From Octopus vulgaris (taxonomy: Eukaryota), in contig OX597830.1 of assembly GCA_951406725.2 (NCBI GenBank), positions 11,966,001 to 12,030,000 of the forward strand: a stretch of 64,000 nucleotides of DNA, given 5' to 3'. Within the stretch, counting starts at the first letter, position 1. Every line of letters starts with the position of its first letter. The notes under the pieces are model-generated. The model was not told the origin of the DNA, searched no databases, and saw only the letters and a program-made list of their open reading frames with translations. This document shows positions 24,511-38,638 of the stretch, one piece after another. The position numbers were made by a program, and so were the translations under genes.

Positions 24511-25304
24511 CTGTGTTTATTATTTGGACCTTAAGTACTAGAGTTTGTTATTTGGACCTGTGTTTGTTATTTGGACCTTAAGTCCTAGAACTTGTTATTT
24601 GGACCTTAAGTACTAGAGTTTGTTATTTGGACCTGTGTTTGTTATTTGGACCTTAAGTACTAGAGTTTGTTATTTGGACCTGTGTTTGTTATTTGGACCT
24701 TAAGTACTACAGTTTGTTATTTGGACCTGTTTGTTATTTGGAACTTAGGTACTAGAGTTTGTGATTTGGACCTGTGTTTGTTATTTGGACCTTAAGTACT
24801 AGAGTTTGTTATTTGGACCTGTGTTTGTTATTTGGACCTTAAGTACTAGAGTTTGTTATTTGGACCTGTGTTTGTTATTTGGACCTTAAGTACTACAGTT
24901 TGTTATTTGGACCTGTGTTTGTTATTTGGACCTTAAGTACTACAGTTTGTTATTTGGACCTGTTTGTTATTTGGAACTTAAGTACTAGAGTTTGTGATTT
25001 GGATCCGTGTTTGTTATTTGGACCTTAAGTACTACAGTTTGTTATTTGGACCTTAAAGTACTAGAGTCTTGTTATTTGGACCTGTGTTTATTATTTGGAC
25101 CTTAGATACTAGAGTTTGTTATTTGGACCTTAAATACTACAGTTTGTTATTTGGACCTTAAGTACTAGAGTTTGTTATTTAAACCTGTTTGTTATTTGGA
25201 CCTTAAGTACTAGAGTTTGTTATTTAAACCTGTTTGTTATTTGGACCTTAAGTACTAGAGTTTGTTATTTAAACCTGTTTGTTATTTGGACCTTAAGTAC
25301 TAGA
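24511..25304. repeat. Minisatellite built from ~28-bp and ~19-bp monomers sharing ttatttggacct
   Basis: Monomers ttatttggaccttaagtactagagtttg and ttatttggacctgtgtttg, mostly alternating. Confidence 0.95.
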
Positions 25305-25444
25305 TTCCAGTAAAGAAGGAAAAAAACTTTTAACTCATTTTACTTGTATAAGAATTATATCATAACAATCTGCAAGTGTGCAAAACAGACCATTAGGCAA
25401 TAAACCCAAGCTAGAAATGCACTCAACGAAGAGAGACTGACTTT

Positions 25445-26045
25445 TTAGGTACATGACTTGCACATCTGGCACATACAAAAACGACTTTCTCTTAATTTTC
25501 CAGTGGTACCACTGCACCTCTTATGTATTCATAGCTTGCACTGGCTACACTGTATGGAATTCCTACCTACAACTTTTCTACTTATTGAGCTGGGCCATCA
25601 CCCTGAAGGGATTGATGATTTGCCTGCTTTCCCACTTACATGGCCTTTGGTCTTTGCTAAATTAACTTGAAGGTCTGTTGATTTTAGACCTTGTTTCCAT
25701 ACCTGAAATTTCTTCTCTAATTTTAGTGGAGATTCAGCAATAAGAACAAGGTCATCAGCATAGAGGAGCTCCCAAGGGAAGCCCGTTTTAAATTATTCTG
25801 TTATGGCCTGGAGGACTATGATAAACAAGAGGGAACTGAAAACCGATCCTTAGGGAACTCCTACTTGTACATTAAATTCATTGCTATACTCATTGCCAAC
25901 CTTCACCTTACTGACAGTATCCTTCTACATGGCTTGTACCACTCTCACCAACTATTCATTTATCTCAAGTAGTTGCATTGACCACCAGATAAGTGACTGG
26001 GGACCTTTGCAAAGGCTTTCTCCAGATCAAGAAAAGCCAAGTACA
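25445..26045 (-). mobile_element. RTE LINE RT fragment
   Basis: LYLAFLDLEKAF and PWELLYADDLVLIAES motifs on minus; homologous to ~8250-8770. Confidence 0.85.
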
Positions 26046-26193
26046 GTGAAAGTTTTACTGGTGAGTGTGTTAAATTATAAGGCACTAAAAGAGAATGACT
26101 CTCCCCAGACACAGCAGAATATGCTTCAACAGACGAACTCACATAAAGAATCTTGCAAACCAAATCCAAAAATGAAATATATATATATATCAT

Positions 26194-27722
26194 CCTCATC
26201 ATCATTGGTGGTTAACGTCTGCTTTCCATGCTGGCATGGGTTGGATGGTTTGACTGAGGAATGGTGAACCAGATGGCTGCACCAGGTTCCAATCTGATCT
26301 GGCAAAGTTTCTACAGCTGGATGCCCTTCCTAATGCCAACAACTCTGAGAGTGTAGTGGGTGCTTTTACATGCCCAGCATGAGGGCCAGTCAAGTGGCTC
26401 TGGTAATGACCACACTCAAAAGATGTATTTTTTACATGCTACCTGCACAGGAGCCAGTCTGGCAGCACTGGTAATGACCATGCTCGAATGTTGATTTTCA
26501 TGTGCCACCGCCACATGTGCCAGTAAGGTGACACTGGCAACAATCCCACTTGAATGGTGCTTTTTATGTGCCACCAGCATGGGAACCAATCAGTGTCCCT
26601 GGGAATGATCGTACTCGGATGGTGCTTTTAATGTTCCACTGGCACGAGTGCCAATCAGGTGGTACTGTCATCGGCCAGGTCAGTGATTTTGATTTTGATT
26701 TCACTTGCCCCAACAGGTCTTCGCAAGCAAAGTTTATTGTCCAGTGAATGAGGAATACTCATAAGTGGGCTGGTTACACCCACTGGCATAGGCCATGGGT
26801 TATGGTCTCAGTTGGCTTGTTGGGTCTTCTCAAGCACAACATAACTCCAAGGTCTCGGTCACTAGTCATTGCCTCGGTAAGGCCCAATGTTTGAAGATTG
26901 TGCTTCATCACCTCATCCCAGGTCTTCCTGGGCCTACCTCTTCCACAGGTTCCCTCAACTGCTAGGGTGTGACACTTTTTCACACAGCTGTCCTCATTCA
27001 TTCACAAAACATGACCATACCAGCGCAGTTGTCTCTCTTGCACACCACATCTGATGCTTCTTAAATCCAACTTTTCTCTCAAAGCACTAACACTCTGTCG
27101 TGCATGCACACTGACATTACACATCCATCAGATTATACTGGCTTCATTCCTTGCAAGCTTACACATGTTCTCAGGAGTCACGGCCCATGTTTCACTGCAC
27201 ATGGCTGTTCATACACACGCGTCATACAGTCTATTTTTTACACACTGAGCGAGAGGCCCTTTGTCACCAGCAGAGTTTGGAGCCTATTCTTATTCTAGCA
27301 GCTACACTTTCAGTGCACCCTCCTCTGCTACTGACTTGGTCCCCTAGGTAATGGAAACTATCAACAACTTGTAGTTTTTCTCCCTGAAATATGACAGAAG
27401 CTGTTCTCTGCACATTTTCAGTGTTTATAGCACCTGAGCATCTGCCACATACAAAAACTATCTTCCTAGTTAGCCTCCCTTTGATATTGCTGCACCTCTT
27501 ATGTGTCCATAGCTTAACACTGGGTTACATCTTATAGAGTTTCTACCTATGCCTTTTCTACAGATCGAGCAGGGCCATCTACCGGAAGGGATTTGTGGAT
27601 TTGTTTGCCTTCCTACTTATTTAGACTTTGGTTTTTGGCTAGGTTGACTCTAAGGCCCTTCGATTCTAATCCTTGCTTCCACACCTGAAACTTTTCCTCT
27701 AGTTCTGATAGTGACTCAGCAA
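26194..27722 (-). mobile_element. 5'-truncated RTE LINE with 3'UTR and (GAT)n tail
   Basis: VEGTCGRGRPRKTWDEV (ORF 26774-27001); homologous to 7443-8460. Confidence 0.9.
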
Positions 27723-27729
27723 TTAGAGC

Positions 27730-28032
27730 AAGTTACATGGTTCTGAGTTCAGTCCTACTGCATGGCACCTTGTGTAAGTGTCTTCTATTATAGCCTCAGG
27801 CAGATCAAAGCCTTGTGAGTGAATATGATAGACGGAAACTGAAAGAAGCCCATCGTATATATATATATGTGTGTATGTCTTTGTGTCTGTGTTTGTCCAT
27901 GTAACATAGTGGTTTGGCAAAAGAGAATAAGTAGCAGGCTTAAAAAATAAGTCCTGGAGTTGATCTGTTCTTCTAAAAGGTGGTGCTCCAGCATGGCCAC
28001 AGTCACATGACTGAAATAAGCAAAAGAATAAA
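27730..28032 (+). mobile_element. SINE family A; partial minus-strand copy at 28345-28528
   Basis: Sequence similarity to family A. Confidence 0.85.
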
Positions 28033-28589
28033 AGAATATATACACATACATACATGTATGTATGCGTGTCCATGTGTGTGTGTGCGTGCGTGTGTGTGTG
28101 TGTGCATCTCTGTTGCTGGGTAAAAAACTGGAGAAAGTACTTTGTTATAGAGTGCAGGGGTTTATTTGAGTGTAGTGCAGTGGCCTGTTACTCTGGCGTC
28201 CCCGCATTATGCAGTGGCATCTTTAGAGAAATCAGTCAAGCTTAACCTGACTTGCCTGAAAGAATAGCTGCATGCTGTGTAAACTCCAGCGTAAATGGCA
28301 ATTAGACCATCTTGATTTATCTATTATCTTTTAAATTTTTTTTTTTGTTTCAGTCATTAGACTGTGGCCATGCTGGAGCAAGCCTTGAAGAATTTTAGTC
28401 AAATGAATCCAGCCTGTACCTATTTTTTAAAGCCAGTTACTTATTCTATCAGTCTGTTTTGTCAAACTGCTAAGTTACAGGGATGTTAACACACCAACAC
28501 CAGTTGTTAAGTGGTGGTTGGGCACAAACATACGCCCGTGCACGTGCACACACACACACTCAAACACACACACTAGCTCCCACTAGCCA

Positions 28590-29155
28590 TAGCAGCCTAA
28601 CTAGGTGTATGTGGGGGCAGGTAATGTTTAGGGCACCTTTTCTATTGCTTCCCTCATGCCGTGAGGCAGGTAGTTTGTAGATAGACCTTCTCTTTGCTGA
28701 ACAGGGGAACAACATTGGCAATTCTCCACTGCTGTGGAATGACACAGATATTAAGGCAGAAGTGAAAGAAGAATGAAAGCTGGCGCAAAAGAAAAAAACC
28801 CTGCCACATTTGAGAAGTAGATAAGTCACACCATCAAGAACAGGAGAGGCATAGTTGTGCTTATTCTTGAGGTGACATCGCAGCATTGCTAGAGTGAATT
28901 TCACAGATGTTATGGAATCTGATGTCAGAGTTGGTGAAGAAAGGACATTTGGATTTTCAGCAGTAAAAATGCCAGCATAGAATTTAGCCATAAACTGAGC
29001 ACATTCTTTAGGATCATCAGTGATCCGATCTGTGTCGGGATTGTAAAGAGGGCCAACTGGAGAGTGAGGTCTCTGCATTGAATGTACATATTTCCAGAAC
29101 ACTTCACTGTCAGGGCTTGTTGCTACATGTCCTAACTCAAACACTGCCTTTTTTG
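28590..29155 (-). mobile_element. CR1-like LINE ORF2 fragment
   Basis: FWKYV.S....VGPL....TDDP.E.A.....Y..IFT.E (ORF 28560-29159). Confidence 0.75.
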
Positions 29156-29787
29156 TCACTTGCTTGGGATAGTTGGATGATCTATTATGTCACCTTCTAT
29201 TCTCATCTGTTCCACGTTGTCTATATTTCTGTTTAGCATCACAATGATCTTTCTTGGCAAGTCAGTGGTTTTCAGAATAGAACCAACATCTGAATTTTCA
29301 GGAGAATAATTCTGCTGTGTTGTAAAGGTACCGTCTCTGATCAACAGTGCAAAGATAGTTGATAATATAGTTGATAATAGCAATGAACAAATTTGTGCAG
29401 TTATTTCCTGGTTCAGAATAACGATGCATCATTCACTCTTCATATTACTTTGTTCTTGCAATAGCCAAATAATATTGCAGTTTGTATTTGTTCCACTTCG
29501 GGAATAGAAGTAATTAATTAATTAGAAGCTAAACAAGTAGAAAAGAGAAACAGCTTTATTTTGCAGCTGCTAATCTGAATAAAAGTTTTGATATGATTTC
29601 TCTACATGTAGACAATAAATCATAAAAGGGAGCGAAACTCTGCTACGATTGGCAGTGAACTTAGGAGAAACTTTGAATACAATTCATTGATTACCAGTGC
29701 ACTGCTTTTGAGTGTTTTCTTTTCATTGTAAACCTAAGATTTTAGCATTACTCAGAAATTCAGGGCTCATGAGAGTAGTAAACCTTA

Positions 29788-30010
29788 TACTCTTTTACTC
29801 TCTTTTACTTGTTTCAGTCATTTGACTGCGGCCATGCTGGAGCACCGCCTTTAATCGAGCAACTCAACCCCGAGACTTATTCTTTTGTAAGCCCAGTACT
29901 TATTCTATCGGTCTCTTTTGCCGAACCGCTAAGTGATGGGGACATAAACACACCAGCATCGGTTGTCAAGCAATGCTAGGGGGACAAACACAGACACCCA
30001 AACACCCACA

Positions 30011-30049
<39 letters not shown>

Positions 30050-30221
30050 GTATATACGATGGGCTACTTTTCAGTTTCCGTCTACCAAATCCACTCACAA
30101 GGCTTTGGTCGGCCTGAGGCTATAGTAGAAGACACTTGCCCAAGGTGCTACGCAGTGGGACCGAACCCGGAACCATGTGGCTGGTAAACAAGCTACTTAC
30201 CACACAGCCACTCCTGCGCCT
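29788..30221 (-). mobile_element. SINE family A, full length
   Basis: Head ggcgcaggagtggctgtgtgg to tail gagtaaaa; near-consensus. Confidence 0.92.
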
Positions 30222-31095
30222 TATGTTCTCTAATTGGAAAGAAGTGACATATGAAGCATGTTGAAGAGAAGTCTATAGTGCTGTAAATAAAGTATGAGCG
30301 CATTATATTCAATTGGTGAAAATGTATCTGAAATGAAAGAAAAATTCCAAAAGTAACAAAAGATCTGATAATGCATAGCGGTTAGATCTGAGAATGCTAA
30401 TTTCACAGAAAAATGGTGCCATGAGATTAAGGGTAGATTCAGAAGAAATCAAAACTTTAAATCTACAACATGCATAACAATCAAGTATCAGGAAATTGAC
30501 ATCAAGGAGATCAGATTACTTGCTGAATGTTTTGATGCCTTGTGTGCGTGTGTGTATGCGTTGTGTGTGTGTGTGTGTTCTGCTACTTAGGTTATATAAT
30601 TGGTGCTATAATGAGTTATATAAGATAATAAGATGGAAAATTTTGGGGATGTTACCTCTGCAAGTTACAGCAAATTTCTTTGCCTATGAAAATAAAAGCT
30701 TGTGTGAAATACACACACGAAGTGCAATACTATATGATCTATCTGCAACAGATGGAAAAGTGGGTTAAGATATGCTCGATGTTTTAAAGTAATTTAGCAG
30801 AGAAGATGAGTACAAATGAGTTGAGAAGGCAACTCGACACATGAAGTATGTTGGAAAGACATCTATACTGCTATAAATAAAATCCAAGTGCATCGTACAT
30901 AGTAGGTAAAATATGTAAAAATACCAGAAGCAACAAAAATCTGGGGGGAGATTTTGGATTTAGATCTGAGAATTATCATTTCATAAAAAGAAAAAAAAAA
31001 AGAATTGATTAAATCAGTGAGGGCTACAGGTGTATTGCAAATCCACCTAGCATATGTTAACATGTAAAAGCAAGTACACATTAACACAACAATCA

Positions 31096-31154
<59 letters not shown>

Positions 31155-31220
31155 GTATACATACATATATAACTTTTTTTATTTATGTAATTATGCAATT
31201 CTGTCAGTCTGTGTCTCTGA

Positions 31221-31300
<80 letters not shown>

Positions 31301-31310
31301 CAGATATATA

Positions 31311-31930
31311 CAGGGGTTGGACAAAATAATGGAAACACCTAGTATCATACCATCATAATTTCGAAATATCTATAAAACCGTCAAAAGCTTGTTTATTTTT
31401 ATGTTTTTTTTTTATATATTTATTATTAGTGTTGCTTAATATGTATTGGTAAAATTGCTGTTTCTTTTCAGATATCATCAGAAAAAAGTAATTAAAATTC
31501 ATTAAAATAACATCTATCAGACTTTCGAAGAGGTCAAATTGTTGGTGCTCATATAGCAGGTGCTAGTGTAATGAAAAAAGCCGAAATGTTTGGTGTATCA
31601 AGAAGTACTGTCTTTAAAGTAATGACAGCTTTTGAGAAAGAGAGAAAAAAACCACCATGTCGAAACAAAACTCTGGAAGAAAACCAAGGCTTTCAGATAG
31701 GGACTGTTGGACTCTTATGCGAATTGTTAGAAAGGATCACAAAAATACAGCTCCCAAAATTACTGTAGAGCTTAATGACCACCTCAGAAACTCAGTTTCC
31801 ACAAAAACTGTTTGTCAGGAGCTGGATTTCATGGGAGGGCTGCAGTTAGAAAACCACTACTTTCAAAAGCAAATGTTGCAAAGATTGGAGTAAAAACCTA
31901 CAGAATTGGTCCCTAGAGCTGTGGAAGACA
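31311..31930 (+). mobile_element. Tc1-like transposon 5' part
   Basis: TA followed by cagggggttggacaaaataatggaaacacc terminus; LSDF.RGQIVGA..AGASV...AEMFGVSRSTV and SGRKPRLSDRD motifs. Confidence 0.88.
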
Positions 31931-32515
31931 TAGGGTAGACAGACTGTGGACCGTTTATTGGTTTCATCCTCTCTTTTCTTCATAATTGGAGTAGATAGTA
32001 AGTTTTGGGGATAGTTGTGGCTTAATAGATTGTTACTAAGCTTGATCATTTCTTCATGGTGGGTATCACGATTGCTACTTATATTCTTTGCTCAATGTTT
32101 TAGGCACTGAGCACTCCCTCTCTTTACACTGTATGGATGGTGGGAATTGAAGTTAGGGTATCATCTAGTGAAGGTCGGCTTGCGGTATACGGGTGTCTTG
32201 AATCCATACTAGTATGCCAATAAGAAACTTGATGGAAATGTTGACCTTCTGCGTAGAAACTACCTATTTCAGTATGGACACTGATATATATCGACAGAAA
32301 GAGGGTTTAGCTATGGGTTCACCATTATCACTGATATTAGCCAATATATGCATTGAATACTATACTTTGAGAACTTGGCTTTAGGATCAACACTGCTAAA
32401 ACCAACTCTATGGCTGCGATATGTTGATGACACCTTTATTCTCTGGCCCCACCAGGAAGATATCCAAGTGCTGTTAGATCATGTGAACTCAATAAAATCA
32501 TCCATACAGTTCACA
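31930..32515. mobile_element. Penelope-like RT fragments in back-to-back inverted orientation
   Basis: Plus: GLAMGSPLS..LANI and WLRYVDDTF.LW...IQFT (~32220-32515); minus: YRKPTFT...NFNSHHP (~31930-32210). Confidence 0.85.
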
Positions 32516-32719
32516 TGTAGGACGTTTGCACTCTCTGAGTGCTCTTGTTTTCTTTCTTTTTGTTGTTTACTTTATAATTTCTCACATTGTTCCAGCCTTA
32601 CACAACAAATCTCTTTAAAGTAATGTCACACAATGCTTCACCAAAGCTACTCCATATGTCTATCTGTCTGTCATTATTCGTCAAAAGAGCCAGGTTCTAA
32701 CCTAGATCCAAGACTTCTT

Positions 32720-33960
32720 CACTGGAATTTCAATAACATCAACAGCATATTTTTGGATGTATGTATACAGGCAGATTTGTATGTTTTGTTTTATGTATGT
32801 CTTCTCATGCATATATTTGCATATCTAGACATGTTCATGTATACTTAAATGATAAACTTCTGGAAAGTTTTACAGATTTTTACAGTTCCAGTGATTGGCT
32901 TGGCTCTGTAGTCTTTGAACCAGTTTTCTCCTTTCTGGTTTTGAGAAGCCTAATTTCTCAGGATTGGTATCTAGGCAGTGTTTTACATATCCCATAACCC
33001 AAATAATTACAGGTATAAACCCGAACTTGAACTAATGGATAGATTAAATGCAGATTTTTCAATAGTTCAACGTAGGTATTTTCTTTTTCACTAATCTTCA
33101 GCTTTACGTTAACATCTGCTGGGCAGCTGATTTCCACAACTGTATGCAGTTTCTCTTCTCTATCCCAAATCATTATATCATGTCTATTGTGCTGACAATT
33201 TATTTAGGTTTTCAGTGGGACATTCCACCAGTACTCCTTTTTATTATGAGTAGCTATAGCATCCACCATACAATGAGTTATTATTTCTTTGTCCTTGGGG
33301 TTATCCTTCCAATGGATTTCATTTCAATGGATGTCCCATGAGAAGATAATACCGTGATGACATTTTTGGACACCTGCTTATGGTGTGGGTGATATCTTCA
33401 GTGTTAACTCCACAAAGTCCGCATCAGTTGTCACATTTTACTGCTTTTCCTGCAGTATTCCTTGTTTTTAAAGGTGTGAATAGATGCTGGTTCTGACATG
33501 CTTTTGACGTATACATCAGATTAATCCTTCTTGTGGATAGCATTGTAATCATTGCAACTATATCATACCTTAAGGCAGGTAATGTAGACACACTTTGTGG
33601 CAGCTGCTGATGATGTGGGTGATATTTTCCACGCTGGTTTAGCAGAACTGATGTTTCCTATCACAACATAGAGCTTTGGTGGCATCTTTGTCCTTGTTTA
33701 TCAGATATTTAATAGCTATTTCCTGTTCCTGGATAGTGAAGGCATATCCTTCTAGGTGGGACAATTGTATTCTCAGGATACCTGCTCAGTAGTCCTTCTC
33801 CAACTCTGAAGATGTTACTGCTCTCACTTTTGAGTATACGTGTAATGTACTAATTCCTTTCTTTACCGTTCAGCAGGTGTTGTCTGTGTAGACTGACCTT
33901 ATGCCTCTACTGCCATAGCTTTGTCTCTCCTAAATCCTATCAGTGTCACTGTTGATGTGA
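32720..33960 (-). mobile_element. R4-like LINE 3' region with REL endonuclease
   Basis: PD.MIWDRE.K...VVEISCPAD.N...K..EK (ORF 32958-33173); EGYAFTIQEQEI motif ~33720-33755. Confidence 0.8.
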
Positions 33961-34109
33961 TAGTTGCCAGTGGTTGTATGTATGTATGTATGTATGTATG
34001 TATGTATGTATGTATGTATGTATGTATGTATGTGTGTGTGTGTGTGTGTAAAAATTCATTCATTCATGTATATGTGTATGTATGTATGTATGACAGTTGA
34101 ATGTTCCAA

Positions 34110-34328
34110 TAATCTTTTCTACTCTAGGCACAAAGCCCCAAATTTTTTGATGGGAGGGGCCAGGCGATTAGATCGATCCCCGTATGCAACTGGTAACTAA
34201 TTTATCGACCCCGAAAGGATGAAAGGCAAAGTCGACCTCGGCGGAATTTGAACTCAGAGTGTAAAGAAGACGAAATGCCGCTAAGCATTTCGCCCGGCAT
34301 ACTAACATTTCTGCCAGCTCGCTACCTT
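34110..34328 (-). mobile_element. SINE family B (alternative tail)
   Basis: Family-B head and core with a tgtgcctagagtagaaaag tail, also seen at ~4365-4410. Confidence 0.85.
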
Positions 34329-34635
34329 TGAATACTCCTGTATTATAAGGGGATAAGTAACTGTTAGCCCATTAACAGTCTACTGAACAACATATGCCTC
34401 AGTTAGTAGTTCATTTTTTCTAAGTAACCCTTAACTTTTGGCCACTGCAATTTGGAAGACTGCTTGTTTATAACTTAAAAAATATTTATTTCATTCACTT
34501 GAAATTTTCACGGGAGATAGATATTATATATATCTAAATATGTGTGATATATCTAGTTTCAACATGTTGTTAATCCCTTCTATAATAACTATTTCAATAC
34601 ACTTGCTCTTACTGACCCTTGTACTATGGCCACTA

Positions 34636-34637
<2 letters not shown>

Positions 34638-34684
<47 letters not shown>

Positions 34685-34968
34685 TATATACATAAATATA
34701 TATATATGTATATATGTATGTATATATGTATGTATATATGTATGTATATATGTATGTATATATATATGTATGTATATATATATATGTATGTATATATATA
34801 TATGTATGTATGTATGTATATATGTATGTATATATATATGCATATATATATATATATGCATATATATATATATATATATATGAATATATATATATATATG
34901 CATATATATATATATGCATTTATATATATATATATATATATATATGCATATATATATACACACACACA

Positions 34969-35010
<42 letters not shown>
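34638..35010. repeat. Long compound (TA)/(TATG)/(CA) microsatellite
   Basis: Seen directly; similar tracts at 12900-13400, 40445-40590, 46140-46610, 55770-55972. Confidence 0.95.
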
Positions 35011-35011
<1 letters not shown>

Positions 35012-35214
35012 CTTTCTTGTCATAGACAACAGGTGAGGGTTCCCTATTGTTTTATGAAGAACTTGCATAGATGATTTGTTTAATGCGATCAAATGTTTGT
35101 GTGTTGTACATTAGCTCATATTCTTCATAAAAAATGCTTATATATATGAGGGGGTACCCAAAAGTAACCGAAAACGTTCTCTGTGGGACAAACCCCTTGT
35201 AGTTCAGGCTTCTA

Positions 35215-35900
35215 TAGGAGCAAGTCATGGAACACCATTGAAAGGACTAAAAAGAGAATATGGAAAGCCAACTCATGGTAAGATGGCCACAAATACCAGA
35301 GTTTCATATTCATCGGCACCACTCCTAGAACGAACTAGTGAACCACTTTAGAAAGACCCTTGACAAACTTAAGCTAAGAATTAGGGTTGTAGAAAGGCCA
35401 GGCAATTCCTATCAAATCCCTAATCGGTAGAACCTACCCTTTTAGTAGAACCCCCTGTACTGATAGGAACTGTACTGTATGTAGATTTATTCCACAAACA
35501 AACTGTAAAGCTAGGAATTTTGTCTATAGCATAAGATGTACAGAGGGATGGTGCAGTAACAAGACAATGACATACAAAGGGGAGACAGCACGGAGCATAG
35601 GAGAGTGGATAAATGAGCACTGGAACGAACTTAAGGAAGAGAAGAGCTCATTGGTTCTGTACCAGCACACTGAGCAGGAACACGGGGGCTTGCTCAACAA
35701 CATAGAAGTTAAAATCTTGTCCACAGATAGAATAGACACGATGCTTAGACAAATTACGGAAGCTACACACAGAAGATAAACTTAGCCTGAATAGGAAACT
35801 GGAATGGAACACTAGTACACACCCCCAACACGCCACAACATATGACAGAATAAGATCCTCATAAACTGATAACAACATGAACAAAATATAATACAATACA
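35215..35900 (+). mobile_element. Penelope-like element, GIY-YIG endonuclease region
   Basis: RVVERPG, Cys-rich linker, then YKGETARSIGE...EH (ORF 35567-35779). Confidence 0.75.
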
Positions 35901-36272
35901 CAGATAAACAAATGGAATTAAATAACTATATACGTTAACAAAATAAATTAAATTAAATTAAATACAAAAAATAGAAAGAAAAGAAAAATTAGATATAGAC
36001 AAATGAATAAAATAAATAAAAGTAAATTAAATGAACGTGTATAAATAGGGCATACTGGTATGCAGGCACATCCCCCCACACACACACACTTTCTAAACAT
36101 AGACACACACAGGGATGTAGGCATGTGCAAATAAAGACACATACAACAGGAATACAAAATGGCAGGTCATTAGGAAGGAGAGACAGACAAAAAAGAAAAA
36201 AAAGCAAGTGGACCACTGAAGCAAGTGTGTGTGTTTTTATTGGCTAAACTGGTAACATGACCATCCCCAAAT

Positions 36273-36332
<60 letters not shown>

Positions 36333-37472
36333 CTTATTTATAATCACCCTGCATTATCTTATGGTTAACACCATATAGATTTCTGGTGCATCTAAGTTAA
36401 GTACCGCATTCATGTGAATTCAACAGAACTCACTTGAATCTTAATTGCTTTTTCTATATATATATGTATATATATATATGTATAAATATATATCTATATA
36501 ATATATATATATAAATTAAATTAGAGATAAAACCACTATTAGGCAAATCAAACTGAAAAACATAAACCAAAACATAAAAATAAAAATAATTAATATAATA
36601 TATAAAATATAAAATTAAAAAATTCAAATTATTTAAATTTAAAATTAAAATTATTTATATTTATAAATTTATATATTTTTTTATATATATTTTTATATAT
36701 ATTTTTTATTTTTTAAAAATTATATATATATATTTATTAAATATATATAAACTATCAAAGAGTATACACATATAAATGTATGTATATAGATATATATATA
36801 TAGTGGGTAAGAAGGTGGTAGTATAAGTTTGGAATAGATTTCCAATGAATAAGTACTCAGACTGATCAGATTCCTAAATTCCAACTTCTTAACGAGGGTA
36901 AAATAGTCCAGCTCTGATGAAGAGAGAAATAATGGACAAACAATTATATTAAATGGCATTTTAAAAGATGTTATACATATTCAAATTACATATTATGCAA
37001 TTAGGCATATATAATTTGCATAGCAAATAAGCAAAAATATTTATCAATTTGCCAAATATTTCTGCTGGAAGGATGGGTGGCTTTTAGATCCTGAGTGAGA
37101 TAGTCGGATAACATCCCATAGTGTCAGCTGGTCATGTTTGGAAATTATGTTTTCATAGGAAGTAGTTTTGTTGAGTATGAACCGTATACTGTCAGTAGAC
37201 CCATCCCTATTTACTGCCTATTCTAAACAATACAAACTAAATAAAAAATAATTGTAGTAATAGAAATACTAAGTTGTCTCTTGACTAACCCACTGAACTA
37301 ATGTCATGGTGTGACATGGTATACTTTTACTTGTCTCTGTTTCTCAAATTTATCTCGCTGTCATTCTGGGTTTTCCTTAAGACTATTTTAGTTATATATG
37401 CGGGCATGTAATCATGTTTGGATATTTATGTGTGTGTATGTATATACATACATTAAACACGCACACACACAC

Positions 37473-37509
<37 letters not shown>

Positions 37510-37513
37510 ATAT

Positions 37514-37905
37514 AGGAGTGGAGTGGCTGTGTGGTAAGTAGCTTGCTTACCAACCACATGGTTCCAGGTTCAGTCCCACTGCGTGGCGCCTTGGGCAAGT
37601 GTCTTCTACTATAGCCTTGGGCTGACCAAAGCCTTGTGAGTGGATTTGGTAGGCGGAAACTGAAAGAAGCCCATCGTATATATGTATGTGTGTGTATATG
37701 TTTGTGCATCTGTGTTTGTCCCCCCCAGCATCGCTTGACAACCAATGCTAGTGTGTTTACGTCCCCGTAACTTAGCGGTTCGGCAAGAGAGACCGATAGA
37801 ATAAGTACTAGGCTTACAAAGAATAAGTCCTGGGGTCGATTTGATCGACTAAAGGCGGTGCTCCAGCATGGCCACAGTCGCATGACTGAAACAAGTAAAA
37901 GAGTA
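37514..37905 (+). mobile_element. SINE family A, full length
   Basis: Near-consensus head and tail. Confidence 0.92.
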
Positions 37906-38233
37906 TATATATATATTTATGACCTATTATTAGTTTTATGCAATGAAAACATCTCATTTTTCAATGCATCTGGTACCTTCATGGAATCCTCAGGCTGTGC
38001 CTATATGTCATAACAAGCTTGCTATGCCATGTCAGCATAACTTGAGGATTATGTGAAGGAACCACATATGATAAAAAACACTGCCTGAGATGTTTTCATC
38101 GCATGAAACTAAGAGTAGCTCATAAAAATATATATTGGGTTTATTAGATATCATTTATCACTCACCCGATGGAGTACTGTTTTTGTTGATATTACCATCT
38201 TAGAACAGTACACTCTCTCTCTATATATATATA

Positions 38234-38638
38234 TACTCTTTTACTCTTTTACTTGTTTCAGTCATTTGACTGTGGCCATGCTGGAGCACCGCCTTTAATC
38301 GAGCAACTCGACCCCGGGACTTATTCTTTTGTAAGCCCAGTACTTATTCTATCGGTCTCTTTTGCCGAACCGCTAAGTAACAGGGACATAAACACACCAG
38401 CATCGGTTGTCAAGCAATGCTAGGGCGCCCGAACACAGACACACATACATACACGCATATATATACATATATACGACAGGCTTCTTTCAGTTTCCGTATA
38501 CCAAATCCACTCACAAGGCTTTGGTCGGCCCGAGGCTATAGTAGAAGACACTTGGCCAAGGTGCCAACGCAGTGGGACTGAACCCGGAACCATGTGGTTG
38601 GTAAACAAGCTTCTTACCACACAGCCACTCCTGCGCCT
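38234..38638 (-). mobile_element. SINE family A, full length
   Basis: Near-consensus; inverted relative to 37514-37905. Confidence 0.92.

Noticed and set aside
24511-25304. CRISPR-like array
   Set aside because: No unique spacers; pure two-monomer tandem repeat
29156-29407. Apparent signal peptide plus EGDI motif resembling an astacin propeptide exon
   Set aside because: The peptide fits a decayed RTE RT better (ST...IFAL, IL....PRKII.ML, RI.GD), it abuts a LINE fragment, and I found no HExxH astacin exons
34524-35092. Long YI/HT/CV-rich ORFs (also 12.7-13.5, 30.9-31.3, 40.3-40.7 and 46.1-47.0 kb)
   Set aside because: Stop-free dinucleotide microsatellites, not genes
36905-36935. CTGATGA as a hammerhead core (also ~40192 and minus ~42950)
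   Set aside because: No properly placed stem II-GAAA-stem III-NUH elements
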